From contig JAMDHS010000042.1 in NCBI GenBank assembly GCA_029717555.1, positions 124,001 through 184,340 of the forward strand: DNA of 60,340 bases, read 5' to 3'. The DNA is from Peribolospora baueri. Its lineage: Eukaryota. Position numbers and translations under genes: made by a program. How positions within the stretch are numbered: the first letter of the stretch is position 1; each line of letters begins with the position of its first letter. The notes below the pieces were generated by a model. That model was not told where the DNA came from. It was given only the letters and a program-made list of their open reading frames with translations, and did not search any database. This document shows, one piece after another, positions 27,361-42,169 of this stretch.

Positions 27361-27385
27361 CTTCGAGAGCTCTCTCGAACCTTCC
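27361..27385. promoter_or_regulatory. Heat-shock-element-like array upstream of the DnaJ gene
   Basis: cTTCg aGAGc tCTCt cGAAc cTTCc: five alternating nGAAn/nTTCn-phase pentamers (three perfect), ~620 bp upstream of a SIS1-type Hsp40. Confidence 0.45.
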
Positions 27386-28002
27386 ACACCGCCTAGGCGA
27401 GGGTGGCAGGGCGATGGGGAAGAGCCGAGCCGATCTCGGCTGGACAAGGGACGGGTTTGAGAAACATAGCGGTGTGGGTGGGGACGGATGTCCGCAAAGC
27501 GAGCCAAGAAGGCGGCGGCGGAAGGGCAAGAAAGAGGGAGGGATGAGATGATAAAGCAGCCTTGCTTGCCGTCTTGTCCTCGCACGAAAGCGATCCGACC
27601 ACCATTCGTATCCATCGTCACCACCATCATCACCATCGTCATCGTCTATTCACCATCCTCCATACTCCATTCATTCTGCCTATCATCTCTCCCGGCCTAG
27701 CTTGCTCGCATCGCCGTCCAGCCAGCCAGCCACCGCGGTCGACTGTCGTCATAGCCGGCTTGGCTCGATCACCAATCCTGAAGCCTTCCAGCGACCGGCG
27801 ACGACACCACCGCCGCCCTCTTTCCACTGCTCCACTTCATCACCTCTTCCCACCACCATCCTCATCCGCCCGCAACCAGCTTCCCCTTCCTCCTCTCGTC
27901 CTCTGCTCCTCGCCTCGCCTCGCCCTCACCTCACCTGACCTGACCTGACGTCATACTCGTCGCCCATCCCCCTCACCCCACACCGACACCGACGTCGGCA
28001 GC

Positions 28003-29424
28003 ATGGTGGACTACTACAAGGAACTCGGCGTGAGCAAGTCCGCCTCGCCCGAGGAGATCAAAAAGGCTTATAAGAAGGTGAGCTCGTCCGCCCCCCATCT
28101 CCCCCCCTGCCATCTTTCTCCTCATCGCTTCTCGCCCTTCTCTTTCAGGCCGCTTTGAAATGGCACCCGGACCGAAACAGGGACAAGCAGGAGGAGGCGG
28201 GCAAGAAGTTCAAGCGGATCAGCGAGGCGTTCGAGGTGCTCAGCGATGACAAGAAGCGACAGAGTGAGTCTTTCTCCCCCCGTCCTTTCCTAAACTACGT
28301 CCGCTGCCATCCGTCGTGACGGGGATGGATGGTAGACTGATGTTTCTTTCTTCCGTCGTCTTCGCTGCTCCACAGTCTATGACCAGTTCGGAGAAGAAGG
28401 CCTCAAAGGCGGCGGCCCGATGCCGGAAGACGCTGGCGCTGGCGGCATGGGCGGCGGCTTCCCCGGAGGCGGCTTCACCTCCTTCGCCTCTGGCATGCCT
28501 GGCGGCGGTGGACGCACGTTCACCTTCGCCTCTGGCGGACCCGGCGGCGGCTTCCACCCCTCCGATCCCAACGACATCTTCTCGCAAATCTTTGGTGCCA
28601 TGGGCGGCGGTGGGCCCGGCGGCGGCGGTGGAAAGAGGACTGGCGGCTTTAGTTTCGGTGGCATGGACATGGACGACGATGAGTCCCCGTTCGGTGGCGC
28701 CGGGGGAACGGGCGGTAGGCGACCCGGTGGGTTCGGTGGCATGTTCGGAGGCGCAGGCGGCATGCCTGGCGGCATGCCGCGGACGTCTCGCTCGGATCCC
28801 TTCGGAGGGATGGGAGGCGAGGGCGGCGGCGGTCGGGAGGCGGCCGACAGGGGTGAACCCCCGCCGATCGAGAAGCCGCTCCCGTGCACGCTGAAGGAGC
28901 TCTACCAGGGCACCAAGAAGCGGCTCAAGATTTCCCGAACGCTCCTGGGCGGGCGCAAGGAGGAGAAGATCCTCGAGATCGACGTCAAGCCGGGTTGGAA
29001 GAAGGGCACCAAGGTCCGCTTCGCTGGTGCTGGCAACGAGGTGGAGGAGTTTGGTGGAAAGGCACAGGACATTGTCTTTGTCATCGAGGAGAAGCCGGAC
29101 GACAAGTGGAGTCGTGACGGAGACGACCTGGTCACCACCTATCCCCTCCCGCTCCTCGAAGCCCTCGTGCCCCCCATACCGCCACCGCCCAAGACGATGC
29201 AACACATCGACGGAAGGACCATCACCGTTCCCCTCCCGCCCGTCACAGCAACCCGCAACGTCATCCAGAACGGCGCAGCGGTCCGCATTGCCAACGAGGG
29301 CTTCCCCATCACCCGCAAGGGCGCTACCAAGAAGCGCGGAGACCTCGTTGTACGCTACGAGGTCAAGATGCCGGAGCGCCTCACCGAGTCGCAGAGGGCG
29401 GGCGTGAAGAAGGTGCTCGGTTGA
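28003..29424 (+). CDS. SIS1: Type II Hsp40/DnaJ co-chaperone (Sis1/Psi1-like)
   Basis: [42 protein letters not shown]-domain, a G/F-G/M-rich region, and a C-terminal domain ([27 protein letters not shown]). No zinc finger. Confidence 0.9.
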
Positions 29425-29833
29425 GCGTCCCCTCTCGTTCGCTCGTCCATCATGTCAGAGGAGGAAGGAAAACTTTGTCTCTGAACCTGGCCAGGCCAAA
29501 CAAGAAACTTTCAAGGTTTCAAGGGCTGCTCGGCATCCTTCCTTCCCCCTTCTTTCCCCATTCCCTTCCCTTCTCTTCCCTTCAACGCAACTTTCCCCTG
29601 TCCGTCGTCTTTCAAATAGTCACCAAATGTACAATTAGTTTCTCGTACGCGGTTCTCCCACCGTCCCACGTGGTCCTTTCTTATCGCTTTCCAATAAAAG
29701 ATTATTTCGCATGCGACGAACGGGTCGTAGAGAACAGGCGTCTTCCCAACTGTCCCGCGGACACCCTAAGTCTTTCATCACGCAGACAGCACAGGCGATC
29801 TCTCCTCTACACCCATACAAGTGATGCCGCCGC

Positions 29834-33486
<3,653 letters not shown>

Positions 33487-33587
33487 GCCAACACTGAAAT
33501 GAAAGTGAAGAGTGGTGGCCGGTCGATGGTGGCGGTAGAGAGAAGTTAGCAGCAGCTGGTGATCGCGTGTCCGCTCCGTTCAGGATC

Positions 33588-33599
33588 AGTCACGTGACT
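33588..33599. promoter_or_regulatory. Palindromic E-box AGTCACGTGACT in the 191-bp DHX16/CRD1 divergent promoter
   Basis: Perfect 12-bp palindrome about midway between the two ATGs (33486 and 33678). The same core recurs at other promoters. Confidence 0.55.
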
Positions 33600-33677
33600 C
33601 GAAATGAAGTTGCAGGTCCCGCTGCACAACTTGACGTTTACGATCTCTCTCATTCGGACTTTTCCTCCTCCTCAATC

Positions 33678-35209
33678 ATGTCCTGTGCAAACTGCTTCAA
33701 GGCGCCAGCGCATATCCCGGCGATGGTGTCGCAGATGAGGTTGTTGAGCGGTCAGAGGCTTTGGCAACGGACGCCGGCGCTCTGCGCGAGGCAGGCGGGC
33801 TCATGGGGGCGGAGAGCAAGTGTCTGGTCGGACTCGTCAAGCAGTGTCAATGTCAAGGGTGCGAGGTGGCTCTGGTCGAGCGCGACGCTTCGAAGAGGGT
33901 CGGAGTTTGGGAAATCGTCTGAACGGTCTCATCGGAAAGTGAGCTCTTGACTTTTCTTGGGCTGCTCACTTTGATCTTCGGGGAACAGGAGGGTTGCTTC
34001 GCTCCCCTTACCTTCCCTCCCGTCCTTTGTCTTAGGCCTTAGAAAAGACGAATACGAGCGAACACAAGCAAAGGCCCGAAAATGCTTTGGACTCCTCTCC
34101 CGCCCCGAAGCTCACCACGAAGCTACGAGAGAAATTGCAAGTGACGAGACACGAGAACATCTACACCATCCCCAACCTCCTCACCGCCTCCCGCCTGGTC
34201 GCTTGTCCCTTTTTGGGATATTACATTTTGCAAGGCAATTGGAAGGTTGCCACTGCCATTCTGGCTTACGCGGGTGCTAGCGACTTGGTGAGCGAGTGTC
34301 TCGCATACGGCTATCCACCCACGACGAGCCCCTGGCCGAACGTCTCTCTGTCCGGGCACTTTTTCTTTGCCTATAGGCGGACGGTTTTTTGGCACGAAGA
34401 TACAACATGGGTACGGTCCTGGGCTCCATCCTAGACCCTGCCGCGGACAAGGCGCTGATGACCGTCATGGTCGTGACGCTGGCCATGAAGGACATGCTTC
34501 CACGTGAGCCTTAGCAGCGCTGATGGTTCCATTTCGCGCACGATTCAGTCCGGAAAGCTGATCCAGCCGAGGACGTCTCCTGGCTCATGGGCGCGCTCAG
34601 TGCCCCTTGCAGCTCTTATTCTGGGGCGTGACTTGGCCCTTGTGCTCATGGCCTTTTACTACCGATACATCTCGCTTCCTCCTCCGGTGAGCTGCCTTTC
34701 TCTCTCTATCTTCTTGCACCTCTCCGATCGTCGGCCGTGCTGACTTGTCTGCATGCTCCACGAATCAGAAAACATTTGCGCGCTATTGGAACTTTTCGAT
34801 TCCCTCAGCTGAGGTTCACCCCACGCAGATCAGTAAAGTGAGTTTGGTCAGACTTGTTTGCGATTTGCCTTCTAGATCAGACGTCCGTTCATCCCTGCGC
34901 GTATCCGCTCCTCTCCGTCGGAAATTGGACAGTACAACACTTTTTTCCAGCTGCTCCTCGTCGGAACGACGACCGTCAGCCCGCTTGTCCCGATGGATAT
35001 CTCGCCCGTCCTCACGGGGCTTCAGTACGTGCCTCGTACTCTCTCTCTCTCTGTGTGTGTGTCATGATTCGGGCCAAAGGGCCGTTCTAACAGATCGATT
35101 CGACTATTTTTTTTTCCCATTCTCGCTCAGGTACACCGTCGCGGTGACCACGGTCTGGTCCGGGCTGAGTTACTTCATCTCGAACAAGTCGGTCAAAATC
35201 CTCAAGTGA
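33678..35209 (+). CDS. CRD1: Cardiolipin synthase (CDP-alcohol phosphatidyltransferase)
   Basis: Arg/Ser-rich N-terminal presequence; ENIYTIPNLLTASRL; SDLADGFLARRYNMGTVLGSILDPAADK (DxxDGxxAR..GxxxDxxxD); ILGRD; RYWNFSIPSAEVHPTQISKYNT. Confidence 0.93.
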
Positions 35210-35692
35210 AGGCCGCCGACGAAGAACGCTCGCCCTCGCCCCCCGCTTTCCCGCTTTTCCCCACCTTTGTATTAGTATATTACTAGCGGGCCACCGGACG
35301 AAAGCGAGGGGGAAAAAAAAACAAAACAAAACAAAACAACCTTTGTACGGCTTTTTGCAGTGAAAGGCGAGCCGATAAACGCAAGGAGGCCGATCGATCG
35401 ATCGGCCGGAGTAGGAGTTTTATGCGCGCGGACGGTAGAGTAGAGCGGGGCTCCATACGCACGCACGTATCCTATGGCTGGCGCCGAGAGATGGGCGGGC
35501 GGCACGGACAGAGTGAGTTACCATGACATGACGAATCCGCAAACGACGAGGGGGGTATGTGGGCGCTATCTATCTATTCGGGTCGGGGTAGGATCGAAAT
35601 CTATGCTCTATGTGGGCGTGGCGTTAGGAACAGAGGGGAAGAGACGGAAGAAATTGGGTGTACGGGAGAGAGAAAGAGTCCTAAGAGAGGGG

Positions 35693-37966
35693 CTAAAAAA
35701 CGACGTCCTTGCTGGCGTCATACGTGCACATGTCGCGCATCGCGCCGGGCACGGCGAAACGGGAGATGACGTCGGGGAGCGAGGCGAGCTGGAGGAGGAG
35801 ACCGGCGGCCATGTGCCATGCGATGTGGCAGTGGAAGGCCCAGACGCCCGGGTTGTCGGAGGTGTAGCGAATGACGGCGTAGGAGTACTCTGGGATTGTC
35901 TGGGTAAAGGAGAGAGGCGTGCTCAGCTCACACTCGCTGGTTGGATGGACGCGGAGGACGGGGGAACGTGCGGGGACTCACGATCGTATCCCTGCGCATC
36001 GGGTTCGTCCCCTTCAACGGCGTCACGCCCGGCTGATACATACCGGGCCCCTGAGCGAGGACCTTGAAAGTATGTCCATGAAGATGGAAAGGATGAGAGC
36101 AGTCGTCAAGGTTGTTCACCACCAGGTCTACGTCTTGGATCTTGTCGCTGGTCAGGATGAGCTGGCTTGAGTTGAAGACGGACGGGCCCTGTTGGAGGGT
36201 CGTCGTGGTCGCTCCCGCTGCTCCTCCACCGCCGCCGAAGCTGCGATCCATGATTTGGAAGAGCGAATTGGTGTTCATCAGGGGTGCCCAGCTGGTCTGA
36301 TTGAAATAGGCGGCAAAGGTGCTCAAAGGGGAGAGCTGGAAGGAAAAGTCGACGATGAAGCTCAGTGGCGCGGGCGAGGAGGGCGTGTCGATCGCTGCGT
36401 GGGGCACCAAGGCCGACGTGTTGAGGCTCGATGGTGAGCCGGGGAGAGAGGGTGGGGAGGCGACGTCTGCTTGCGGTGGCAGATCGGTCGTGTTTTGATA
36501 ACTGGAGTAGTAGGGAGGGAGATGAGAACAAAAAAAAAGAAAAATCCGCGGGTGGGCTCGAGGAGGACACGACTCACTTGACGGTACCGAGCACGGTCGG
36601 ATGGAGCCTATAATTGGTGTACTTGAAGCACGTCGTATCGATCTCTGCCCTCATCCAATGGGAGCCCTTGTCGCTCGACCCACCGCCCCTCGAGCCAGGG
36701 CCAATGACGACAGAGTACCTCTGTCCGACGCTCACGGTCACCTGGCTCACGTTCTGCGGGACGAGCTCGGTGCCGTCGGCCTCGATGGCGAGGAGGCTGT
36801 GGTCGTCGATGCTAAAGTGTACGTCTGCGAACGAGCCGGCGTTGACGAGGCGCACGCGGTAGCGCAGGGACGGGTCGAGGGTGAAGTTGAAGTACGAGCC
36901 GAGGGTGGGCGTGGAGGTGTCTGGAGCGGAGGAGGAGCGGCCGATGCCGTTGATCAAGCCGCTGTCTGGGACGGGCTCAAAGCCGGCGACACCATCGCCG
37001 CCGAGGTCATCGCCGGTGGCGGAGAGGTATTTGGCGATCAGGTAGTCGGACGAGTTGTCGTAGTGATCTGTGCGGGGTGAGAAGGCGTGACGGTGAGAAC
37101 GGGGTGAGAAGGCATGACCGTCGGTGGACGACGTCACGTCACCCACCGTTCATGACGACGAGCAGCTCTCTGTCATACATGTCCAAGAAGCTCTCTTGAA
37201 AGCTATGGATCACCAGGCCTCCGTACAAGCCGTCCGTGTACTGCCCCTGGGCGTGCGCATGCCACCTGAAGACAGGGCACGAAGGCGAATCCGATCGGTC
37301 AGACGGCACGGCACGGCCCGCTCGGGCGTGATGAACGACGCACCAATAAGTACCCGACTGTTTAGGATCGACAACCCAATCGTAAGTAAACTTTTGACCG
37401 GGGGGAATGAGACACTGAGTGATGCCATTTGTGCCGTCCATCCAGTTTGTTCCGTTTTGGTATTGACCGTGCCAGTGTATCGCTGTGCCATTGTCCAGCT
37501 GGTTGTAGACATCGACAACGACCCGATCGCCGCTCTCCACCTCGATGATCGGTCCCGGAACCTGGCCGTTGACGGCGAGAACTCGCTTGGGGGTGCCGTC
37601 GGGGGCGGCCCAAAAGTTGGTGATGGTCCAGTTGAAGTACCTCGTGACGCCCGTCTGTCCCTGTCCTCCTGGCTGAGCGACGGCGGAGGGACGGTAAGGA
37701 GGGAGGTAGAACTGGGAGACGTTAGTGAGCTGAGAGGCTGGTATGGGATTGTCGGGTGAGGAGCCGGGAAGGCCGGACGAGGAGGCATGGCGGTGCTTGA
37801 GACCGAGGCCGAGTCCGAGACCCAATGCGAGGGCGAGGACGACGATAACGACGAAAGCGACGGCCGCGGCGACGAGGAGGCCGAGGCGGGGGCGGCGCTG
37901 TGAGACGGGCTTCTCGCCGGCGCCGGCGGGGTCGTCCTTCTCGACGGTGGAAGAAGCGCCGGACAT
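35693..37966 (-). CDS. Multicopper oxidase (laccase-like) with N-terminal transmembrane anchor
   Basis: All four Cu-binding motifs are present: IHWHG, YW|WHAH, HPFHLHGH and GVWAFHCHIAWHMAAGL. N-terminal hydrophobic segment LLVAAAVAFVVIVVLALALGLGLGLGL. Confidence 0.93.
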
Positions 37967-38237
37967 GGCAGCGAGAGGGTGCGATTTCTGTTGGTGCCCT
38001 CGCTTAAATATGAGGTCCGTGCTTCTTTGTCAGTCTGTCTATCTCCCCTTCGTAGCTAAGCGGTTGGAGCGGGCGGTCAGCTGGGAGAGGTAGCTTAGAC
38101 GGCTGGAGCTCGTATGGGGGCGAGGTGGAGAGCTGGTGAGGAGAGAAGAAGCGAGGGAGGCTGCGTCGACGATGGGACGAGCGCGACGGGGGATGTCGAT
38201 ACGAAGGAGCGGCGAAGCGTCATTTTTGCCCGTCCTA

Positions 38238-38268
38238 TCGTCTCGTCTCGTCTCGTCTCGTCTCGTCT
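38238..38268 (+). repeat. (TCGTC)n microsatellite
   Basis: About six tandem TCGTC units in the intergenic region between the oxidase and the phosphatase. Confidence 0.85.
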
Positions 38269-38963
38269 CTGCCGGTGCTGCTCACTTCGAGAGGCGGTAG
38301 GACGCCGGTGGCGTTAGCGTTGGCGTGGCCGTTCCAACGGGCTTGCACGCTTGACCGCTCGCTCGGCCGGGCGCTCACGCTCGAACGGCAAGTTCGGTCG
38401 TCCAAGTCGGCGCTCGGCAATGAGTGCGACATGGCCAAGCCGAGGCGAGTCGAGGCGAGAGAGAGCCAAGCCCGTCGAGCCCCTTCGAGCGAGTCGAGCC
38501 GTCGTCGAACCAACTACAACTGGAACTGATCGACGGCGGCGGCGAGGAACGTGGCCAGTGGGCTGCTGACTAAGCCATTACCTCCGGCATCTGTCCACGT
38601 GCGTTGTCCGCGCGCCAATGAGACGCGGCGGGTGGCCGGGCTTGGCTCGCCTCGTCGGTGGTCCGCCCGCCTCCACTCCCACTCACTCACCGCCAGCCGG
38701 GAGCCGGCGACGATCAACGGGCGACGAGACGACTGCACGGCGCCGTCGTCTGTCCGTTTCGGGTCTCGGGTCCACTCACATCGTCAAATTGTCCTCTCCC
38801 GCGTTCCTGCATCTGCCCTCGCCCTCGGCGGAGATAGCTTTCGCTGCTCGCCTCCGTGGGCGGATGGTCTTGACTGGGGTGTGCGTCACCGGTCGGTCGC
38901 CCGTCCAACGCGTACCTCCGGCGTCCAGAAGGGGTACTGGGATGAGTGAAGGAGAGAAGGAGC

Positions 38964-39035
38964 GAAGGAAAGAAGGAAAGAAGGAAGGGAGGAGCGAGCG
39001 AAGGAAGGAAGGAAGAAGGCAAGGAAGGAAGGAGG
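38964..39035 (+). repeat. Imperfect (GAAG)n purine-rich tract
   Basis: Repeated gaag/ggaa units upstream of the acid phosphatase. Confidence 0.7.
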
Positions 39036-39299
39036 CAAGGTGGAGGAGGTCTTGCACGCACGCACGTCCTTTCTTACACGACTGCAACCACCTCGTTCCT
39101 CGCTATAGCTTCCCTTCCGCAAGCGCCGGTCGCAGGAACAGACACACAGACACATAAGACGGACAGCACCGCATACACGCCGGTAACCACGCAACTATAA
39201 GAACCACATCCCGGATCAGTCTCCTCTCGTCCACCCACCTTCCCTCCCCCCTCCTCCCTCTACCTTCCTCTCACCCTCGTCCTCGTCGATCATCCCAAG

Positions 39300-41355
39300 A
39301 TGCTCCTCCACGCCTCTTTCGCTCTCCTCCTCGCCTCCCTCCTCAACACCGCCGGCGCAGTACCCGCCCCCGCTAACGTCGACGCCGCCCCCGCCCCTCG
39401 CTCCTCCCCCCTTTACTCCAACCAGAAGCGCGCTGTCACCGCCCCCTTCAAGGCTCCTTCCAACTCCCCGCTTGAGCCGAGCCCCAACTACGTCGGCCAG
39501 TCTAACTCGACGCTCAAGAACAGCCCCGTCGTGCCCGGAAAGGCTTTTGACCGCTTCCACCAGATCTGGCTCGAGAACAGTGAGTGCACCGCGTGCGACC
39601 TGCGCCCGTCCGAGTCCGACGCTCACACCACATCTCCCCCTCTGTCTCGAACAGCCGACTACGCCTCCGCCGCCTCCGAGCCCTCCTTCCAGCGCCTCGC
39701 CGCTCAGGGTATCCTCCTCGAGCAGTTCTACGGTGTCACCCACCCTTCCGAGCCTAACTACCTTGTAAGCTTCCGCCTCCGTTTGCTTCGACTCTTTTTT
39801 GCGGTCATTTTCAGCCGCTTTCCAAGCTCACACTGCTCACCCTCCTCCATCTTTGCCCTACGCTCCTCTCCTCAGGCCGTCGTCGCCGGTGACTTCTGGG
39901 GGTAAGTCCTCAATTTCCTATCCTAGACGTGTGGGCGAAAAAAAGCAAGGATTTGTGACCGCTGACAGCTCGTTCGCCTGCCCTCGCCTCCTTGCAGTGA
40001 TGCCGATGACAACTTCTACGCCGTCCCGAGCAACGTCTCTACTATCGTAGACCTGCTCGACCAGAAGTGAGTCGCATCGACCCAGATTTGTTCCTGTCGG
40101 CCTTGCCCGCCAGACCGACGTCCCCACTCACCACGCATCCTCGCACTTGCTTCTGCCCCGATCCAGGAACATTAGCTGGGCGTCTTACCAGGAGAACATG
40201 CCGTACGATGGCTTCGCCGGCTTCAACTTCGTGAGCGCCTTGCCCACGTCGCTTTCATGGCTCTCGTCGTCTATCTAACCCTGGCCTCCTCCACCCTCCA
40301 TGCAGTCCCAGCCCAACTACGTGTCCAACACGAACAAGCCCTACACCTACTACGTTCGCAAGCACAACCCCCTCGTCCTCTACGACTCGGTCGCCAACGT
40401 CCCCGCTCGCGCTGAGCGTATCAGGAACTTTAACGACTTTGCCGCCGACGTCGGTAACAACACCATCCCCCAGTGGACCTTTATCACGCCCAACCTGTGC
40501 GTCCGCCGTTTTGCTCCTTGGACGCCGTCGTGACAAGCTTGACGCCGTCGTGACATGCTAACCACCGGCGCTTCCTCCTCACAGTGTGAACGACGCCCAC
40601 GACACGACGATCACCTACACCAGCGCTTGGCTCGACTACTTTATGCCCAGCTTGCTCAACAACACCGCTTTCAACGACAACCGCACGCTCATCCTCCTCA
40701 CTTTTGACGAGACGGAGACGTACGAGACGAACAACCGCGTTTACACCCTCCTCCTCGGTGGTGCCATCCCTCAGCACCTCCGCGGCACGACCGACTCTAC
40801 CTTTTACACGTCAGTCCCGCTACTCCTGACTGCCGATCTCTCGCTAGACTGACCCTCGGCATCCCTTTCTTCCTTTGCAGCCACTACTCCGCGCTTTCGA
40901 GCGTCCAGAACAACTGGGGTCTCGGCAGCTTGGGCCGCCAGGACACGAACAAGACAGTGAGCAACGTCTTCTCGCTCGTCGCCAACGCCACCGGCTACCA
41001 CAACCTCGACCTCACCGAGGCCGAGTACCCGCTGCTCAACATCACCGAAACGATCCCGGGCCCGCTCAACGCGAACATGTACGTTCCTTACCTCGCCCCT
41101 AACACGAGCGCCGTCGGCGCTGGCGGTGGACCCGTGTTCGTCGGCCAGGGCGTCGACCTGAGCTTGAACGCGGGCTCGGCGCCGGCTCCTGTCAACCTCA
41201 CCGCGGAGGGCAAGCAGGTGCCCAGCGCGGTCAACCCCGCCACCGCCAGCGCGCCTGGCTCTTCCAATAACGCTGCCGTGGCTGCTTCCCCCGTTCGTTA
41301 CGTTTCCGCAGGCGTCGCTGCCGCCGCGCTCGCTCTCGCCGCTACTCTTCTGTAA
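39300..41355 (+). CDS. Secreted, probably GPI-anchored acid phosphatase (phosphoesterase family)
   Basis: Signal peptide; VPGKAFDRFHQIWLEN|TDY; GVTHPSEPNY; ISWASYQENMPYDGF; YVRKHNP; PQWTFITPNLVNDAHDT; TLILLTFDE; HYSALSSVQNNWGL; hydrophobic C-terminal tail (AGVAAAALALAATLL). Confidence 0.9.
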
Positions 41356-41955
41356 AACATAACGTGGACGTCGATCGAGCGTAGCTTTTTCTCTCTATCG
41401 TTAGACAAATATGCCGAGACTGAGGCTGAGGGGATCTCCGTCTCCGTCTCGCTTTGGTGTTGTTGGAGGGAGGGAGGAAGGAAGGAAAGAGGGGCCACTT
41501 GTGCTTGCTTGGATCTAGTTAATCGTGTGAAACTATTCTTTGCGTCGTTGCTTTCCTCTCGCTGCCCCCGCTGATCGCGCGTTAGGGAATGGATCGTTTA
41601 TTGGTGAACTTGACATGCATGCATGCGTGCGCGGCTTTCCTTCCCTTTTTTCTTCCTCCTTCGCCGACCGAACCTGTGAGCGCAGACGGCCGGACGGTGG
41701 ACGACGACGACGACGACGGCGGGACGGATCAAGCATCTATCTATCTGTCTATCTGTCTGTCTGTCCCATCTAAACGGAAGCTTGTTTGCTGACTAAGCGC
41801 GCTCACTGCCTCGCCGTCCGTCCGTCGCTCCTTTCTCCCTCTCCATCTTCCCCGACCCGCACTGCACAGCACAGACGGACGGACGGCACGGAAGGACGGA
41901 TGGACGGACGGACGGTCGATCGTCCTTCTCTCTTCGCAGACGACCAGATAAGACG

Positions 41956-42138
41956 ATGCTACCCTCTTTTCGAGCTCGACCATCCACCACTTTCGCCCGC
42001 CTTGAGAGCCGGCTCACCCTAGGTCGCCGCTTCGTCTCGTCCGCCCCTTTCAACCTCTTCACCTCCCCCGCGCCGGCCCGCCGGGGCGGAACCAGCTTGC
42101 GAGCGGCGGCATCACCATCACCACCACCACCGTCATCG

Positions 42139-42169
<31 letters not shown>

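Noticed and set aside
28240..29205. 321-aa antisense ORF over the DnaJ gene (and similar antisense ORFs over RTC1, RTF2, DHX16, the oxidase, CLPX and TAH18)
   Set aside because: Shadow ORFs expected from GC-rich codon bias; no recognisable motifs.
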